DNA of 64,000 bases, from the NCBI GenBank assembly GCA_963779415.1, contig CAVZYA010000002.1, positions 1,216,001 to 1,280,000 of the forward strand, read 5' to 3'. A program made the position numbers and the translations under genes. Positions 1 through 10,475 of this stretch are shown here, piece after piece. The notes beneath the pieces are model-generated. The model made no database searches. It saw only the letters and a list, made by a program, of their open reading frames with translations, and was not told where the DNA came from. Position 1 is the stretch's first letter, and each line of letters starts with the position of its first letter. This DNA is from an uncultured Acidobacteriota bacterium. GTDB taxonomy: Bacteria > Acidobacteriota > Thermoanaerobaculia > UBA5066.

Positions 1-394
1 GCTCGGCTGGATCGGCCCGAAGCGCCCGCGCATGGTCTCCGTCCAGGCCGAAGGGTGCGCGCCGATCCCGAAGGCGTTCGCGGAAGGGAAGGACGTCTCG
101 GTCCGCGCCGAGAACGCGCGCACGTATGCCAGCGGTCTCCGCGTTCCGAAGGCTTTCGCCGACTACCTGATCCTGAAGATCCTCCGCGCGTCGAAGGGGG
201 AGGCGGTCGCGGTGACCGACGAAGCCATGCGCGAGGCCGTCGCCGAGATGGGCGCCTCGGAAGGACTTTTCCCGGCTCCCGAGGGGGGCGCGGCATGGGC
301 GGCCGTGAAGCAGCTCGTCCTCTCCGGCCGCGTCTCCCGCGACGAGCGCGTCGTCGTCTTCGACACGGGGACGGGGTTCAAGTACGTGGAGTGA
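1..394 (+). CDS. thrC: Threonine synthase, C-terminal part (5' end outside window)
   Basis: PLP fold-II motifs MVSVQAEGCAPI, TYASGLRVP, PAPEGGAA, VVVFDTGTGFKY. Confidence 0.8.
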   Translation, partial: LGWIGPKRPRMVSVQAEGCAPIPKAFAEGKDVSVRAENARTYASGLRVPKAFADYLILKILRASKGEAVAVTDEAMREAVAEMGASEGLFPAPEGGAAWAAVKQLVLSGRVSRDERVVVFDTGTGFKYVE

Positions 395-454
395 GGGGCT
401 TCGCGCCCTCCGGGGCTGTGGCCCCGGATCGCGAACCGATGCGGGCCGTCAGGG

Positions 455-883
455 TCAATGCCGGCGAAGGCGGCGGGACTCCGCCGCGGCGGCGCGATTG
501 AGATGGCGATCGAAGGACGAAAACCGGACGTCGCCGCCACCCTGTAAGCGCAGCATGCTGTAGGACGACAGATGGACGCTGTCGTATGCGCGGAGGCCGT
601 GCTCCTCGGCGAGGTCGCCCGCCGTACGGCAGACCGGTTCCGTCACCTGCACGACAAGGTAGCGCTCCCAGTCCTCTTCGAAGGCCGATCTCGCCCGCCG
701 GTGCGCGGCCGGGGAAAGGCCTCGCTGACGGCGAAGACGGGCCAGAGCTGCTCTCGTTTCGGGATAGGCGAGAAGAGACGTCGCGACGACCGCCGCCCCG
801 GCAACCTCGGCCCGGACGGCATCGGATCCTTCCTCCTCGACGTACAACTTGATCAGGCTGCTCGTGTCGAGGTAGAGAATCAT
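455..883 (-). CDS. vapC: PIN-domain toxin (VapC family)
   Basis: Internal ATG at 883 gives MILYLDTSSLIKLY...LRAYDSVHL...FSSFDRHL; ATGA overlap with the upstream antitoxin. Confidence 0.9.
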   Translation of the reverse strand: MILYLDTSSLIKLYVEEEGSDAVRAEVAGAAVVATSLLAYPETRAALARLRRQRGLSPAAHRRARSAFEEDWERYLVVQVTEPVCRTAGDLAEEHGLRAYDSVHLSSYSMLRLQGGGDVRFSSFDRHLNRAAAAESRRLRRH

Positions 884-1149
884 CGCCTGTTCTCGAACAC
901 CGCCGAGGCTCCGCTTCCGCGGCGGGGCTTCGGAGCGTTCGGACATCCCGTGGGCTTGCCGCCGCCCCACGTGGCGATACCAGACGCGACCAGCGCGTTC
1001 GCCGCCTGCCGTTCCGGAGCGGCCTTCTCGATCCCCGTCACGACGGCCAGCGGCCGTCCCCGCCCGGTCACGACGATCCGCTGACCAGCCCGCACGCGCC
1101 GCAGGTAGCCGCTCAACCCGTTCTTGAATGCCCTGACGCCGACGTCCAC
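880..1149 (-). CDS. Phd/YefM-family antitoxin
   Basis: VGVRAFKNGLSGYLRRVRAGQRIVVTGRGRPLA is a Phd-type N-terminus; translationally coupled to the PIN gene. Confidence 0.85.
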   Translation of the reverse strand: MDVGVRAFKNGLSGYLRRVRAGQRIVVTGRGRPLAVVTGIEKAAPERQAANALVASGIATWGGGKPTGCPNAPKPRRGSGASAVFENRR

Positions 1150-1164
1150 GAGTCACCCCCGAAC

Positions 1165-1200
1165 GTAGCTACATTACTATGCCACAAGTAGCTACATCAA
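1165..1200 (-). promoter_or_regulatory. TA promoter/operator with two GTAGCTAC palindromes
   Basis: GTAGCTAC at 1165-1172 and 1188-1195, just upstream of the antitoxin start in an AT-richer patch. Confidence 0.6.
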
Positions 1201-1247
1201 TCCCGCGACGGCCGTGCCGGCCTTGCCCCGGGCGGCGAGGCCGAGGC

Positions 1248-3563
1248 TCATGCTTTCACCAGACTCGAAGGAAGCTTCATCTGGCCAAGCAGGCTCTGGA
1301 ATCGTGGATCGGAGCGCAACGTCTCCCAGTCCCAGGCCACTCCGAGATGAACGAGCGGCGACTCGCGCCGCTCGAAGCTCTTTTCGAGCCACGCCAGCGC
1401 CCGATTCCTCTCCCCCGCATGGGCCCAAAGCCGCGCGATACGGATGGAGGGGATGTACGTCCGCTCCGACCGTGCCGTCAGAGCCTCGGCCGCACGCTTC
1501 ATCGCCCCCGGGTACCCCGACTCCGCCCCGCCCCGGTCGATCGCCTCGGAGACCTCACGGTCCCCGATCAGCGCGAAGAACTTCTTCGCGGCCGAGAGGG
1601 CCTCCTCGGCTCGTGACTGTGCATGCAGGGCGCCCCAGAGACCCATCTGCGCGGACGGGAAGTTCGGCTCCACCCGGACCACCTTCCCCAGCCGCTCCAT
1701 CGCCTCCTCGTACCGGCGCAGGTAGATCAGGTGCCATCCGAAGAAGCACAGGACGAAGGGATTGAACGGATCGAGCTTCATGGCGGCCGCCGACTGTTCC
1801 ATGGCTTCTTCGGAGCGCTGCAGGGAGATCAGGAAATCGGAGTAGAAGAAGCGCGCCTCCGCGGAGTTGGGGTTCAGATGGAGCGCCCGTTGGTACTCGG
1901 CCTCCGCGCCTCCCCAGTCCCACTCGTAGAGGAACTTCAGCCCCGCGCGGCTGAGATGACCTTCGAATAGCGCCTCGTCCAGCTCGACCGCCTTCGACGC
2001 GGCCTCTCGCGCCTTCGGGAACGTCTCCGAGGGAGGAAGGATTCCGGAGTCTCCGCGGAGGAGCCAGACGTCGGCGATTCCCGCCTGTGCCGGCGCGCAC
2101 GCCGGATCCTTCTCGAGCGCCAGCTCGAAGTATCCGAGCGCCGTGTCGTAATGCTCGCGGGAGAGCTTGTACAGGTGATACCGACCCTTGAGGCAGGCGT
2201 CGTAGGCCTCCGCGTTGACCGGGCCGCGGAGGGACAGTCGCGCCGCCACCTTCACGCTCGCGGCCGACTGCACTTCCCGGGCGATCGCCTCGGCCACGGC
2301 TCCCTGCAGGGCGAGGACGTCCGCCAGGTCGCGTTCGTAGCTCTTCGCCCAGAGATTCATGTCGGTCGACGCCTCGATGAGCCGGGCGGTGATGCGCACC
2401 CGCGCCCCGGCGCGAAGGACCGAGCCCTCCACGACGGCGTCGACGTTCAGCTCCGTGGCAATGTCCGGGAGGGACTTCTCGGTCCGCTTGTAGCGCATGG
2501 CCGAGGTGCGCGAGATGACCCGCAAGGTTCCGATTCCCGCCAGGTCCCCGATCAGGGCGTCGGTCATGCCATCGGCGAAGTACTCCTGCTCCGGGTCCCC
2601 GGAGAGATTCGCAAGGGGAAGGACGACGAGCGACCGGATCCGCTTCCGCCGGCCGGCGCGTTTCGAGGGGAGCTTTCTCGCCCCCGACACGACGTCCGAC
2701 GAGACGGGGGCGCTCGTCGAGAGTGCCTGCAGCTCCGCCATCAGCTCCGCGGCCGACGGATAGCGCTCTTCGGGACGTTTCCTCAGGCACTTCAGGATGG
2801 CGTCTTCGAGTCCGGGAGGAATGCGGGGATTGGAATCCCCGGGCCTCGTCGGCTCCCGGTACTGAATGTCGGCGGCGAGAGCCGTCGCCACGGCGGCCCG
2901 GAACGGCCGCGCTCCCGTGGCCATTTCGTAGAGGACGACTCCCAGCGCCCAGAGGTCGCTTCGCGCGTCGGCCGGCTGGCCGCGCAGCTGCTCGGGCGCC
3001 ATGTAGGCGAGCGTGCCGGTCACCGTCCCCGCCGTCGTCAGCGCGGCCTGCGAGAGCGTCGTCGCTTCCGCCGCCTCCCCTCGCACCATCCGCTTTGCGA
3101 GGCCGAAGTCGAGGACCTTGGCGCGTCCCTCCGGTGTGATGACGATGTTCGCGCTCTTCAGGTCGCGGTGGACGACGCCGTGTCCGTGCGCGTGCGACAG
3201 CGCGTCGGCCACCTGGATTCCGAACCGGAGAATGTCTCCGAGCGGAAGCGCCCCGCGCGAAAGCCGGCCGCTCAGCGACTCCCCCTCGACCAGCTCCATC
3301 GCAATGAAGGTCTGGCCGTCGGCTTCGCCCACCTCGTGAATCGTGCAGACATGGGGATGGTTCAGTCTCGAGGCGAGACGCGCTTCCCGGAGCAGGCGCG
3401 CGCGCGCCGTCTGATCGGCCGAGGTCGCCGCTGGAAGAACCTTGATCGCCACCTCGCGTTCCAGCCGCGAGTCCTTCGCCCGGTACACCTCGCCCATTCC
3501 CCCCGCGCCGAGCGGGGCGACGACCTCGTATGGCCCGAGGCGAGTGCCCGCGGAGAGGCTCAT
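1248..3563 (-). CDS. Ser/Thr protein kinase with TolB-like and TPR domains
   Basis: GAGGMGEVY, VAIK, HRDLKSAN, DFG, YMAPE; SLVVLPLANLSGDPEQEYFADG; C-terminal TPR-like helices. Confidence 0.93.
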   Translation of the reverse strand: MSLSAGTRLGPYEVVAPLGAGGMGEVYRAKDSRLEREVAIKVLPAATSADQTARARLLREARLASRLNHPHVCTIHEVGEADGQTFIAMELVEGESLSGRLSRGALPLGDILRFGIQVADALSHAHGHGVVHRDLKSANIVITPEGRAKVLDFGLAKRMVRGEAAEATTLSQAALTTAGTVTGTLAYMAPEQLRGQPADARSDLWALGVVLYEMATGARPFRAAVATALAADIQYREPTRPGDSNPRIPPGLEDAILKCLRKRPEERYPSAAELMAELQALSTSAPVSSDVVSGARKLPSKRAGRRKRIRSLVVLPLANLSGDPEQEYFADGMTDALIGDLAGIGTLRVISRTSAMRYKRTEKSLPDIATELNVDAVVEGSVLRAGARVRITARLIEASTDMNLWAKSYERDLADVLALQGAVAEAIAREVQSAASVKVAARLSLRGPVNAEAYDACLKGRYHLYKLSREHYDTALGYFELALEKDPACAPAQAGIADVWLLRGDSGILPPSETFPKAREAASKAVELDEALFEGHLSRAGLKFLYEWDWGGAEAEYQRALHLNPNSAEARFFYSDFLISLQRSEEAMEQSAAAMKLDPFNPFVLCFFGWHLIYLRRYEEAMERLGKVVRVEPNFPSAQMGLWGALHAQSRAEEALSAAKKFFALIGDREVSEAIDRGGAESGYPGAMKRAAEALTARSERTYIPSIRIARLWAHAGERNRALAWLEKSFERRESPLVHLGVAWDWETLRSDPRFQSLLGQMKLPSSLVKA

Positions 3564-3688
3564 CGCGAACGCTTCCCCGGGTCGGAGGAAGGGGCGAGCC
3601 GTGCCCCCCGGCGCGTCGACGCTCGATCCGGCGGCCCGTCAGATTCGTGTTACTGCGGAGATTCTATTCCCCGGCGGAAAAGAGGGGC

Positions 3689-4114
3689 TCAGCGCCCGCC
3701 GGCGCGGTTCAGTAGGTCGTCGATCTCTCCCTGCCGGGCGGCGAGGCCCGTGGCGCCCCCTTCGCCCCGCGCGGCGGCCGAGAGATCCGACAGCGAGCTT
3801 CGCATCAGCGAAAGAGCCCTCGACGCGTCGTCGGAGCCGCCGCAGGCCGATTCCGCCGTCGAGATAATGGACGAGACATCCGACTCCGTCCGGCTCCAGC
3901 CGGCCTGATCCACGGGGGGGTGCGAGGCGGCCGAAACCGCGCTCGCGAGGCTCGCGTTCGCCCGTCCGGCGAAGAGGAGACAGTCGCTCGTGCCGGAGGA
4001 GACGGCCGCGCCGGACGAGCTCCCGACCCCGGAAGGCGGAGGCGCCTTCCTCTGGTTGAAGTAGTACCAGATGCCGCAGATGACGAGGAGGACGAGGAGG
4101 AGGCGGGTCCACAT
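3689..4114 (-). CDS. Hypothetical membrane-anchored helical protein
   Basis: MWTRLLLVLLVICGIWYY N-terminal anchor, plausible coding composition. Confidence 0.6.
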   Translation of the reverse strand: MWTRLLLVLLVICGIWYYFNQRKAPPPSGVGSSSGAAVSSGTSDCLLFAGRANASLASAVSAASHPPVDQAGWSRTESDVSSIISTAESACGGSDDASRALSLMRSSLSDLSAAARGEGGATGLAARQGEIDDLLNRAGGR

Positions 4115-4162
4115 GCCGTCATCCTGCGCCGTCCGGGAGGAGAGCCGCAAGGGCTTTCGGCC

Positions 4163-4192
4163 GGAACCTAAGACCCGGGATCCCCGTATCTA
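4163..4192 (+). promoter_or_regulatory. Putative ECF sigma-factor promoter
   Basis: GGAAC-N17-CGTATCTA upstream of the DUF4097 gene, which has RBS AAGGAGG. Confidence 0.4.
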
Positions 4193-4227
4193 CCTTCGAA
4201 GACGTTTCCGAGCCGAAGGAGGCTGCG

Positions 4228-5406
4228 ATGAAGGAATCCCGGATCCGCCCGATCCTCCTGGCGCTGCTCGTCGCGGCGCTCCTCCTCATCCCGCTTTTCG
4301 CCGCAGCGGCCCCGGCGACGAAGGAGTTCCGAAAGGAGATCGCCGCCCGGCCCGGGCAGACGGTCTCCATCGAGAACCTCGCCGGAAAGGTCCTCGTCGA
4401 AGGGAAGAAGGACGGCCCGGTCGAGGTGGTCGCGACCCTTCATGCCGAAAGCGAGGCTCTTCTCGCCGAGCTGCCGATCGAGGTGACCGAAAAAGGCGAT
4501 TCGATCGAGGTGATCGCGAGGTACCCGGTCGAGAAGCACGACACCTTCCGCTACACGGCTGGCGAGGGGGGCGGCTCCACCTCCACGACGTATCTCGGCC
4601 ACCGGGTGAAGGTGGGCTCCGGCGCATTCTTCGGAGGCGTCGAGCTGTGGGCCGATTTCGTCGTCCGGGTTCCCGCCGGGACGGGCGCGAGCGTCCGGAA
4701 CGAGGTCGGGAGGATCGTCGCGACGAACGTTTCCGGGCGGCTCTCGGCGCGGACCGGCTCAGGCGACGTCCGGGTCGACGGCGGAGAGGGGGAGACGACG
4801 GCGCGTTCCGGAAGCGGCGACGTCTCGGTCAAGGAGCGGAAAGGGAACGTCGAGGCGCGGACCGGCTCGGGCGAGATCGCCCTCGCGGGGATCACGGGTG
4901 ACGTGACGCTCGACACCGGCTCCGGGAACGCCGCGGTGGACGACGTGACGGGAAACCTCGAAGCTCATACCGGGTCCGGAAACGTGACGGCGCACCGGGT
5001 CGCGGCGAGCCGGGTGAAGGCGAGGACCGGATCGGGCGAGATCACGCTCCGGTCGGTCTCGGGAAGCCTCGAGGCCCGCACGGGATCGGGCGAGATCGAG
5101 GGCGAAGAGATGACGGTCCGGGGCGCGCTCGACCTCGACACCGGAAGCGGAGACGTCCGGCTGGGAGGGAACTTCTCGGCGCTCACGGGGGCGCGTGTCG
5201 GGACCGGGAGCGGCGACGTCTCGCTGACGATGACGAAGGCGCCCGGGATGCGGCTGGACCTCGGCAGCTCCTCCGGGGAAATCCGGATCGATGTCGCGGG
5301 AACGAAGCTCAAGGCGGAAAAGAGGCTCGAGGTTTCGACGGGGGATGGCGCGGCGAACGTGAAGGTCCGGACCTCGAGCGGAAGCATCCGAATCTCCGGA
5401 TCGTGA
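4228..5406 (+). CDS. DUF4097 family beta-strand repeat protein, secreted
   Basis: Signal peptide; many xTGSGD/E repeats. Confidence 0.85.
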   Translation: MKESRIRPILLALLVAALLLIPLFAAAAPATKEFRKEIAARPGQTVSIENLAGKVLVEGKKDGPVEVVATLHAESEALLAELPIEVTEKGDSIEVIARYPVEKHDTFRYTAGEGGGSTSTTYLGHRVKVGSGAFFGGVELWADFVVRVPAGTGASVRNEVGRIVATNVSGRLSARTGSGDVRVDGGEGETTARSGSGDVSVKERKGNVEARTGSGEIALAGITGDVTLDTGSGNAAVDDVTGNLEAHTGSGNVTAHRVAASRVKARTGSGEITLRSVSGSLEARTGSGEIEGEEMTVRGALDLDTGSGDVRLGGNFSALTGARVGTGSGDVSLTMTKAPGMRLDLGSSSGEIRIDVAGTKLKAEKRLEVSTGDGAANVKVRTSSGSIRISGS

Positions 5407-5439
5407 CCGGAAGGGGCGCGAGGACGTAGACTTTCACCG

Positions 5440-6342
5440 GTGTCTGAAGAGTCCGGCCGGTTCACCGAAGAGATCGTCTTCGTCGACAGCGAGGACCGCC
5501 TCACCTTGCAGGGGCTTCTCTTCCGTCCCGCCACGCCGGTCTCCGACATCGCGATCCTCTGGATCCACGGCCTCTTCTCGTCGTTCTACGAGAACTCCTA
5601 CGTCTCGCTCGGCCGGGAGCTTTCGGGTCGCGGCTTTGCTTTTCTTTCGGGCAAGACGCGGGGGCACGACTTCGGAGCGACGCTCCGGTCGGCGGGCGGC
5701 GTGGCGGTGACGGCGGGCTCGTCGTGGGAACGGCTCGAAGAGTCGCCGCGCGATCTCGCGGCGTGGGTGGACTTCCTGGCCGCCTCGGGCTACCGGCGCG
5801 TCGTCGTCGCCGGGCATGGCCTCGGCGCACGGAAGGCGGCCTACTTCGCGGCCGAGCGGCAGGATTCGCGGGTCGTCGGCCTCGTGGCCGCCTCGCCGAG
5901 CGCGGCTAAAAACGCCGCCGGTGTGCTGACCGAGGACGACCGGAACCTTCTTGCCGTCGCGCGACAGATGGTCGCCGCCGGGCGCGGCGCCGAGCTTCTC
6001 CCGTCGATGGGCGTCGGGTGCCCCCTGAGCGCGGCGACCTACGTCGACCACGAGGACCCGGAAGAGGCCTTCTCGAACGTCTTCAGCGTGACGGGACACT
6101 CGCGAACGACGCCGTTCGTCGCGGAGGTGAAGGTTCCGATCCTCGCCTTCTTCGGCTCGCAGGAGCGGAGCCCCGACGGACGCGACCGCGGCGGCGAGCT
6201 GGGCCTCGTCCGGTACGGGGCGCGCGGGTCGCCGCTGGTCACCGTCACGCTCGTCCGGGGGGCCGACCACTGGTACACCGGGAAAGTCAGCGCGGTGGCC
6301 GACGTCATCGCGAAATTCGTCACCGGACTCGCCGTCTCCTGA
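5440..6342 (+). CDS. Alpha/beta hydrolase (DUF1749-like)
   Basis: WIHGL, VVAGHGLGA (nucleophile position Gly, not Ser), GADHWY. Confidence 0.7.
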   Translation: MSEESGRFTEEIVFVDSEDRLTLQGLLFRPATPVSDIAILWIHGLFSSFYENSYVSLGRELSGRGFAFLSGKTRGHDFGATLRSAGGVAVTAGSSWERLEESPRDLAAWVDFLAASGYRRVVVAGHGLGARKAAYFAAERQDSRVVGLVAASPSAAKNAAGVLTEDDRNLLAVARQMVAAGRGAELLPSMGVGCPLSAATYVDHEDPEEAFSNVFSVTGHSRTTPFVAEVKVPILAFFGSQERSPDGRDRGGELGLVRYGARGSPLVTVTLVRGADHWYTGKVSAVADVIAKFVTGLAVS

Positions 6343-6374
6343 CGATCGCCCCTTTCGATAGACTCCGGGACACC

Positions 6375-8005
6375 GTGGCGACCGAGTGGGATTACGTGAT
6401 CGTGGGCTCGGGCTTCGGCGGCAGCGTCAGCGCGCTCCGGCTCGTCGAGAAGGGGTACCGCGTCCTCGTCCTCGAGAAGGGGAAACGCTTCACGCCCGAC
6501 GAGTACCCGAAGACGAACTGGAACCTCCGGAAGTACTTCTGGCTTCCCTCCCTCGGCTGTCGCGGCCTCTTCAGGATGACGTTCCTCCCGCACGTGACGG
6601 CGCTGACGGGCGTCGGCGTCGGCGGCGGGTCGCTCGTCTACGCGAACACCCTTCCGATCCCAAGCGACGATTTTTTCGCCTCCCCGTCGTGGGGGCACCT
6701 CGCCGACTGGAAGCGCGAGCTGGCCCGGCACTACGACACCGCGCACCGGATGCTCGGAACGGCGCGAAACCCGCTTCTGACCCCGCCCGACGAAGTGCTT
6801 CGCGACGTCGCGAAGGAGATCGGACGCGAGTGGCATCCGACCGACGTCGCGGTCTGGTTCGGGACGCCGAAGGAGACCGTCCCCGATCCGTTCTTCGGCG
6901 GCGAAGGGCCGGAGCGGACGGGGTGCGAGTCGTGCGGCGGCTGCATGATCGGCTGCCGCCACGGAGCGAAGAACACGCTCGACAAGAACTACCTCTGGCT
7001 CGCCGAGCGGCGCGGCCTCGTCATCGAAGCCGACACCGAGGTGACGTGGGTGAAGCCTCTTCCGGCGGGCGGCTACGAGATCTCGGCCCGGCACGGCCGG
7101 TCGATCCTTCCGGCGCTCCGGAAGGCGAAGACGTACACGGCGAAGAACGTCGTCTTCGCGGGCGGGGTCCTCGGCACCGTCGAGCTGCTCCTCAAGCTGA
7201 AGGAGAGCCCGGACGGCCTGCCGAGCCTCTCGGACCGGCTCGGAGACTTCGTCCGGACGAACTCCGAGGTCCTGATGGGGGTCGTGAGCGAGAAGAACGA
7301 GGACCTCTCGGTCGGGATCGCGATCGGGTCGATCATCGAGACCGACGAGCACTCCCACCTCGAGCCGGTCCGGTATCCGGCAGGTTCGGGCTTCTTCCGG
7401 CTGCTCGCGATGCCGCACGCGCCGGGCGACACCGTGACGCAGCGCTTCGCGAGCGCCCTCGGGATGCTCCTCCGGGAGCCCCTCCGGACGCTGAAAGCGT
7501 GGGTCACGCCCGACTGGGCGAAGCACACGATGATCCTTCTCTACATGCGGACGATCGAGGGGACGCTCCGGATGAAGCTGGGGCGCGGCATCCGGACGGC
7601 CTTCCGCCGCGGCGTCACGACGGGCGACGGAACGGGGCCGCAGGCGAAGGCGTGGGTCCCCGAGGCGACGGAACTGGCGCGGAAGGTCGAGAAGCGGCTC
7701 GGCGGATTCACGCAGAGCCTCCTGACGGAGACGCTCCTCGGCATCCCGACGACCGCTCACATTCTAGGGGGATGCTGCATGGGGGACTCGAAGGAAAGCG
7801 GCGTCATCGACTCGCGCCACCGCGTCTTCGGCTACGACGGGCTCTACGTCATCGACGGCTCGGCCATCTCGGCGAACCCCGGCGTCAACCCCTCGCTGTC
7901 GATCACGGCCCTCGCCGAGCGGGCGATGACCTTCATCCCGTCGAAGGAAGGCGCCACGCTGCCGAAGCCCGCGCCGCTCCCGCCTCGCTCCTTCCCGCGG
8001 CGTGA
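6375..8005 (+). CDS. GMC oxidoreductase, cholesterol oxidase ChoD-like; 3' end uncertain (probable indel near 7980)
   Basis: GTG start; DYVIVGSGFGGSV, GVGGGSLVYAN, TAHILGG, ANPGVNPSLSITALAERA. Confidence 0.85.
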
Positions 8006-8021
8006 CGCCGTTCAAGACAAG

Positions 8022-8046
8022 GGGGTCAGGTCTCAAATTTCTATTA
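8022..8046 (+). repeat. Solo copy of the GGGGTCAGGTCT transposase-associated repeat
   Basis: GGGGTCAGGTCTCAAATTT versus GGGGTCAGGTCTGCTAAATT at 57411; followed by AT-rich TATTAT. Confidence 0.65.
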
Positions 8047-8076
8047 TAGACTTCGGGGAGGCATTCCTTGAGGACG

Positions 8077-8304
8077 ATGCGGCGCAGAGACACGGTTCTT
8101 CCCTTCGTCGCGGACGCGGCGGCCCGGGGGAAGAGCGTCGGTCGGGTGCACGAGGACGGGTCGATCACCTTCAAGGGGAAGCGGTACCGTTCGATCCGGG
8201 AGCTCCCGCCCGAGTGCACGGCCTTGCGCGGAGACACGGCCACGTATGCGCGGTGGGCAAAGCTCTTCCGGGCGGTCGACCCGAAACGGAAGCGGTCCAA
8301 TTGA
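8077..8304 (+). CDS. Small basic hypothetical protein
   Basis: 75-aa ORF after a GGAGG/GAGG RBS, directly downstream of the repeat. Confidence 0.5.
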   Translation: MRRRDTVLPFVADAAARGKSVGRVHEDGSITFKGKRYRSIRELPPECTALRGDTATYARWAKLFRAVDPKRKRSN

Positions 8305-8322
8305 GACGAACGCGGGAGACCG

Positions 8323-9526
8323 TCAGCGCTTCCTGGCCGGAGGCTTCGCCCGAAAAGCCTCCGCTCCCGTTGTAAGGAAGAGCGTGATCGTTCCGTCCGC
8401 GCTGTCGGCGGTGACGATGTCGCCCTGGCCGTCGCCATTGAGGTCTCCGATGGCGATCCCGTCCGGGCGGTGGCCGGTCCGAAGCGTCGGGCCGCGTCGG
8501 AGGCCGCGCTTTCCGCCGTAGAAGATCGTCACGTCGTCGCCGACGTAGTTCGCCGTGGCGATGTCGCCGATCCCGTCGCCGTTCAGGTCGCCGATCGCCA
8601 CACGGGCCGGGGCGTGTCCGGCCCGGAGCGGCGAACCGGGAGAGGCGAGAACCTGCCGTTTCCGTCGCCGAGAAGTACGTTCACCGCATCGAACGACGAG
8701 TCCTCGGGATGTCCTCCCCAGTTGCCGACGACGAGATCGAGCCGGCCGTCTCCGTTGACGTCGCCGATCGCGACGCCGAACGGCTTCCCGCCGGCCGGGA
8801 AGGGAGAGCCCGGAGCCTGTACGAAGGCGCGTTCCCCGCAAGAGAGAAGGACCGTCACGCTCGCCCCGTCGAGGTTCGTCGTCACGATGTCGGCCCGCCC
8901 GTCGCCATTCAGGTCCGCGGCGCGGACCCGCTGGTACGGATGAGGGCCGACGTCGAAGGTGGTCCCGGGAGAGGTGAAGCCCCCTTTCCCGTCGCCCCAG
9001 AGGACCGTGACCTTGTTCTCGCCCCAGCTGTCGGTCACGAGGTCGAGATTACCGTCGCCGTCGAAATCCGCGGCGGCGACGCCGTGCGGATGCGGACGGC
9101 TGTGAACGGTGAGGGGCGACGACGGCGACGGGTGAACCTGCCTCGCCCGTCGCCGAGGAGGATCGTCAGGTACGACGTGTCGTGGTTCGCGAAGACGAGG
9201 TCCGGGTTTCCGTCGTGGTTCAGGTCGGCGACGGCCACGTCGTTCGGATTCTGTCCCGCGGGAAACGGGGAACCCGGCGCCGGCGTGAATTCGCCGCGTC
9301 CGTTCCCGAGGAGGACGGTGACGCCGTGGCTCCCGGCGTTCGCCACGACGAGGTCGGGTTTGCCGTCGCGATTGACGTCCGCGATCCCCACGCTGCTCGG
9401 CTCGCGGCCGACGGGGATTCGCCGAACCGTGAATCCGGAGACGTCGTCCCCGGGGGTCGGCGTCCCGGGAGCCGCCAGAGCCAGAAGGGCGATCGTGACC
9501 GGAACGAGCGCGGCGCGCTTCGGCAT
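8323..9526 (-). CDS. Secreted FG-GAP/VCBS repeat protein (two frameshifts)
   Basis: Signal peptide plus repeated ADLNGDG..DLV motifs spread over ORFs 9035-9526, 8583-9038 and 8323-8841. Confidence 0.8.
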
Positions 9527-9536
9527 GATCGCCCCC

Positions 9537-10199
9537 TCAGGCGCGGGGCGGGACGACGTAGAGGAGGATCGCGACGTAGTGGCAGGCGCTCCCGGCGAGG
9601 ACGAAGACGTGCCAGACCGGATGCGCCCAGCGGAATCTCCGGTCCATGGCGTAGAAGGCGACTCCGACCGAGTAGATGACCCCCCCCGCGACGAGCCAGG
9701 CGACGCCGGCCGGCGGCAGGGCGGCCGTCAGCGGCTTCCACGCCACGACGATGCACCACCCCATGACGAGATAGAGCGCCGTCGAGAGGACGGGGAGCTT
9801 CCCGGTCCAGAGCGACTTGAAGACGATGCCGAGGACGGCGAGCGACCAGACGACGCCGAAGAGAGACCATCCCCACGCCCCCTGGAGCTTGACGAGGAGG
9901 AATGGCGTGTAGCTCCCGGCGATGACGAGGAAGATCGCCGCGTGGTCGAGCCTCCGGAAGACCCCCTTCACGCGCGGGCCCCGGAAGGCGTGGTAGAGCG
10001 TCGAGACCGTGTAGAAGAGGACGAGGCTCGCGGCGAAGACGCTGCAGGAGACGACGACCCAGGCGTCGCCCCGAAGGGACGCGAGCGTGATCAGGACGGC
10101 GGCGCCCGCCGCGAAGATCACCGCCCCGACGCCGTGCGTGACGGCGTTGGCGATCTCCGCGGCGCGGGAGGCGGGAACGCGGGGGCGGGCGGTTCTCAT
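9537..10199 (-). CDS. Hemolysin III / PAQR family membrane protein
   Basis: EIANAVTHG, STLYH, LDHAAIFLVIAGSYTP, HPVWHVFVLAG. Confidence 0.92.
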   Translation of the reverse strand: MRTARPRVPASRAAEIANAVTHGVGAVIFAAGAAVLITLASLRGDAWVVVSCSVFAASLVLFYTVSTLYHAFRGPRVKGVFRRLDHAAIFLVIAGSYTPFLLVKLQGAWGWSLFGVVWSLAVLGIVFKSLWTGKLPVLSTALYLVMGWCIVVAWKPLTAALPPAGVAWLVAGGVIYSVGVAFYAMDRRFRWAHPVWHVFVLAGSACHYVAILLYVVPPRA

Positions 10200-10475
10200 C
10201 CCTCTGATCTCGCCCCCATGATGCGCCTGTTTCGTCTCTGCCTCCTTCTCTCGACGTTCCACCTCGTCCGGTGAGAAGACCTTTGTGCAGGAACCGTCGC
10301 CTCGGGGCTAGAATGCCCGCAGAAGGATCGCCACAGACAGTTCTCGCGCGATACGTCCGGTTCCACGGAAGGCTTCCACAGACGGCATTGGTTCCATTCG
10401 AGATGGTCGAACGCATTATTCCGTCTCGCCACGACCCGTCATCCGGGGAAACGCTCTGCGGCAGAGGAGGAGACT

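Noticed and set aside
6018-8375. 785-aa extended cholesterol oxidase
   Set aside because: Family similarity covers only ~6375-7950; the extension runs through a repeat and another ORF, so it is probably indel read-through.
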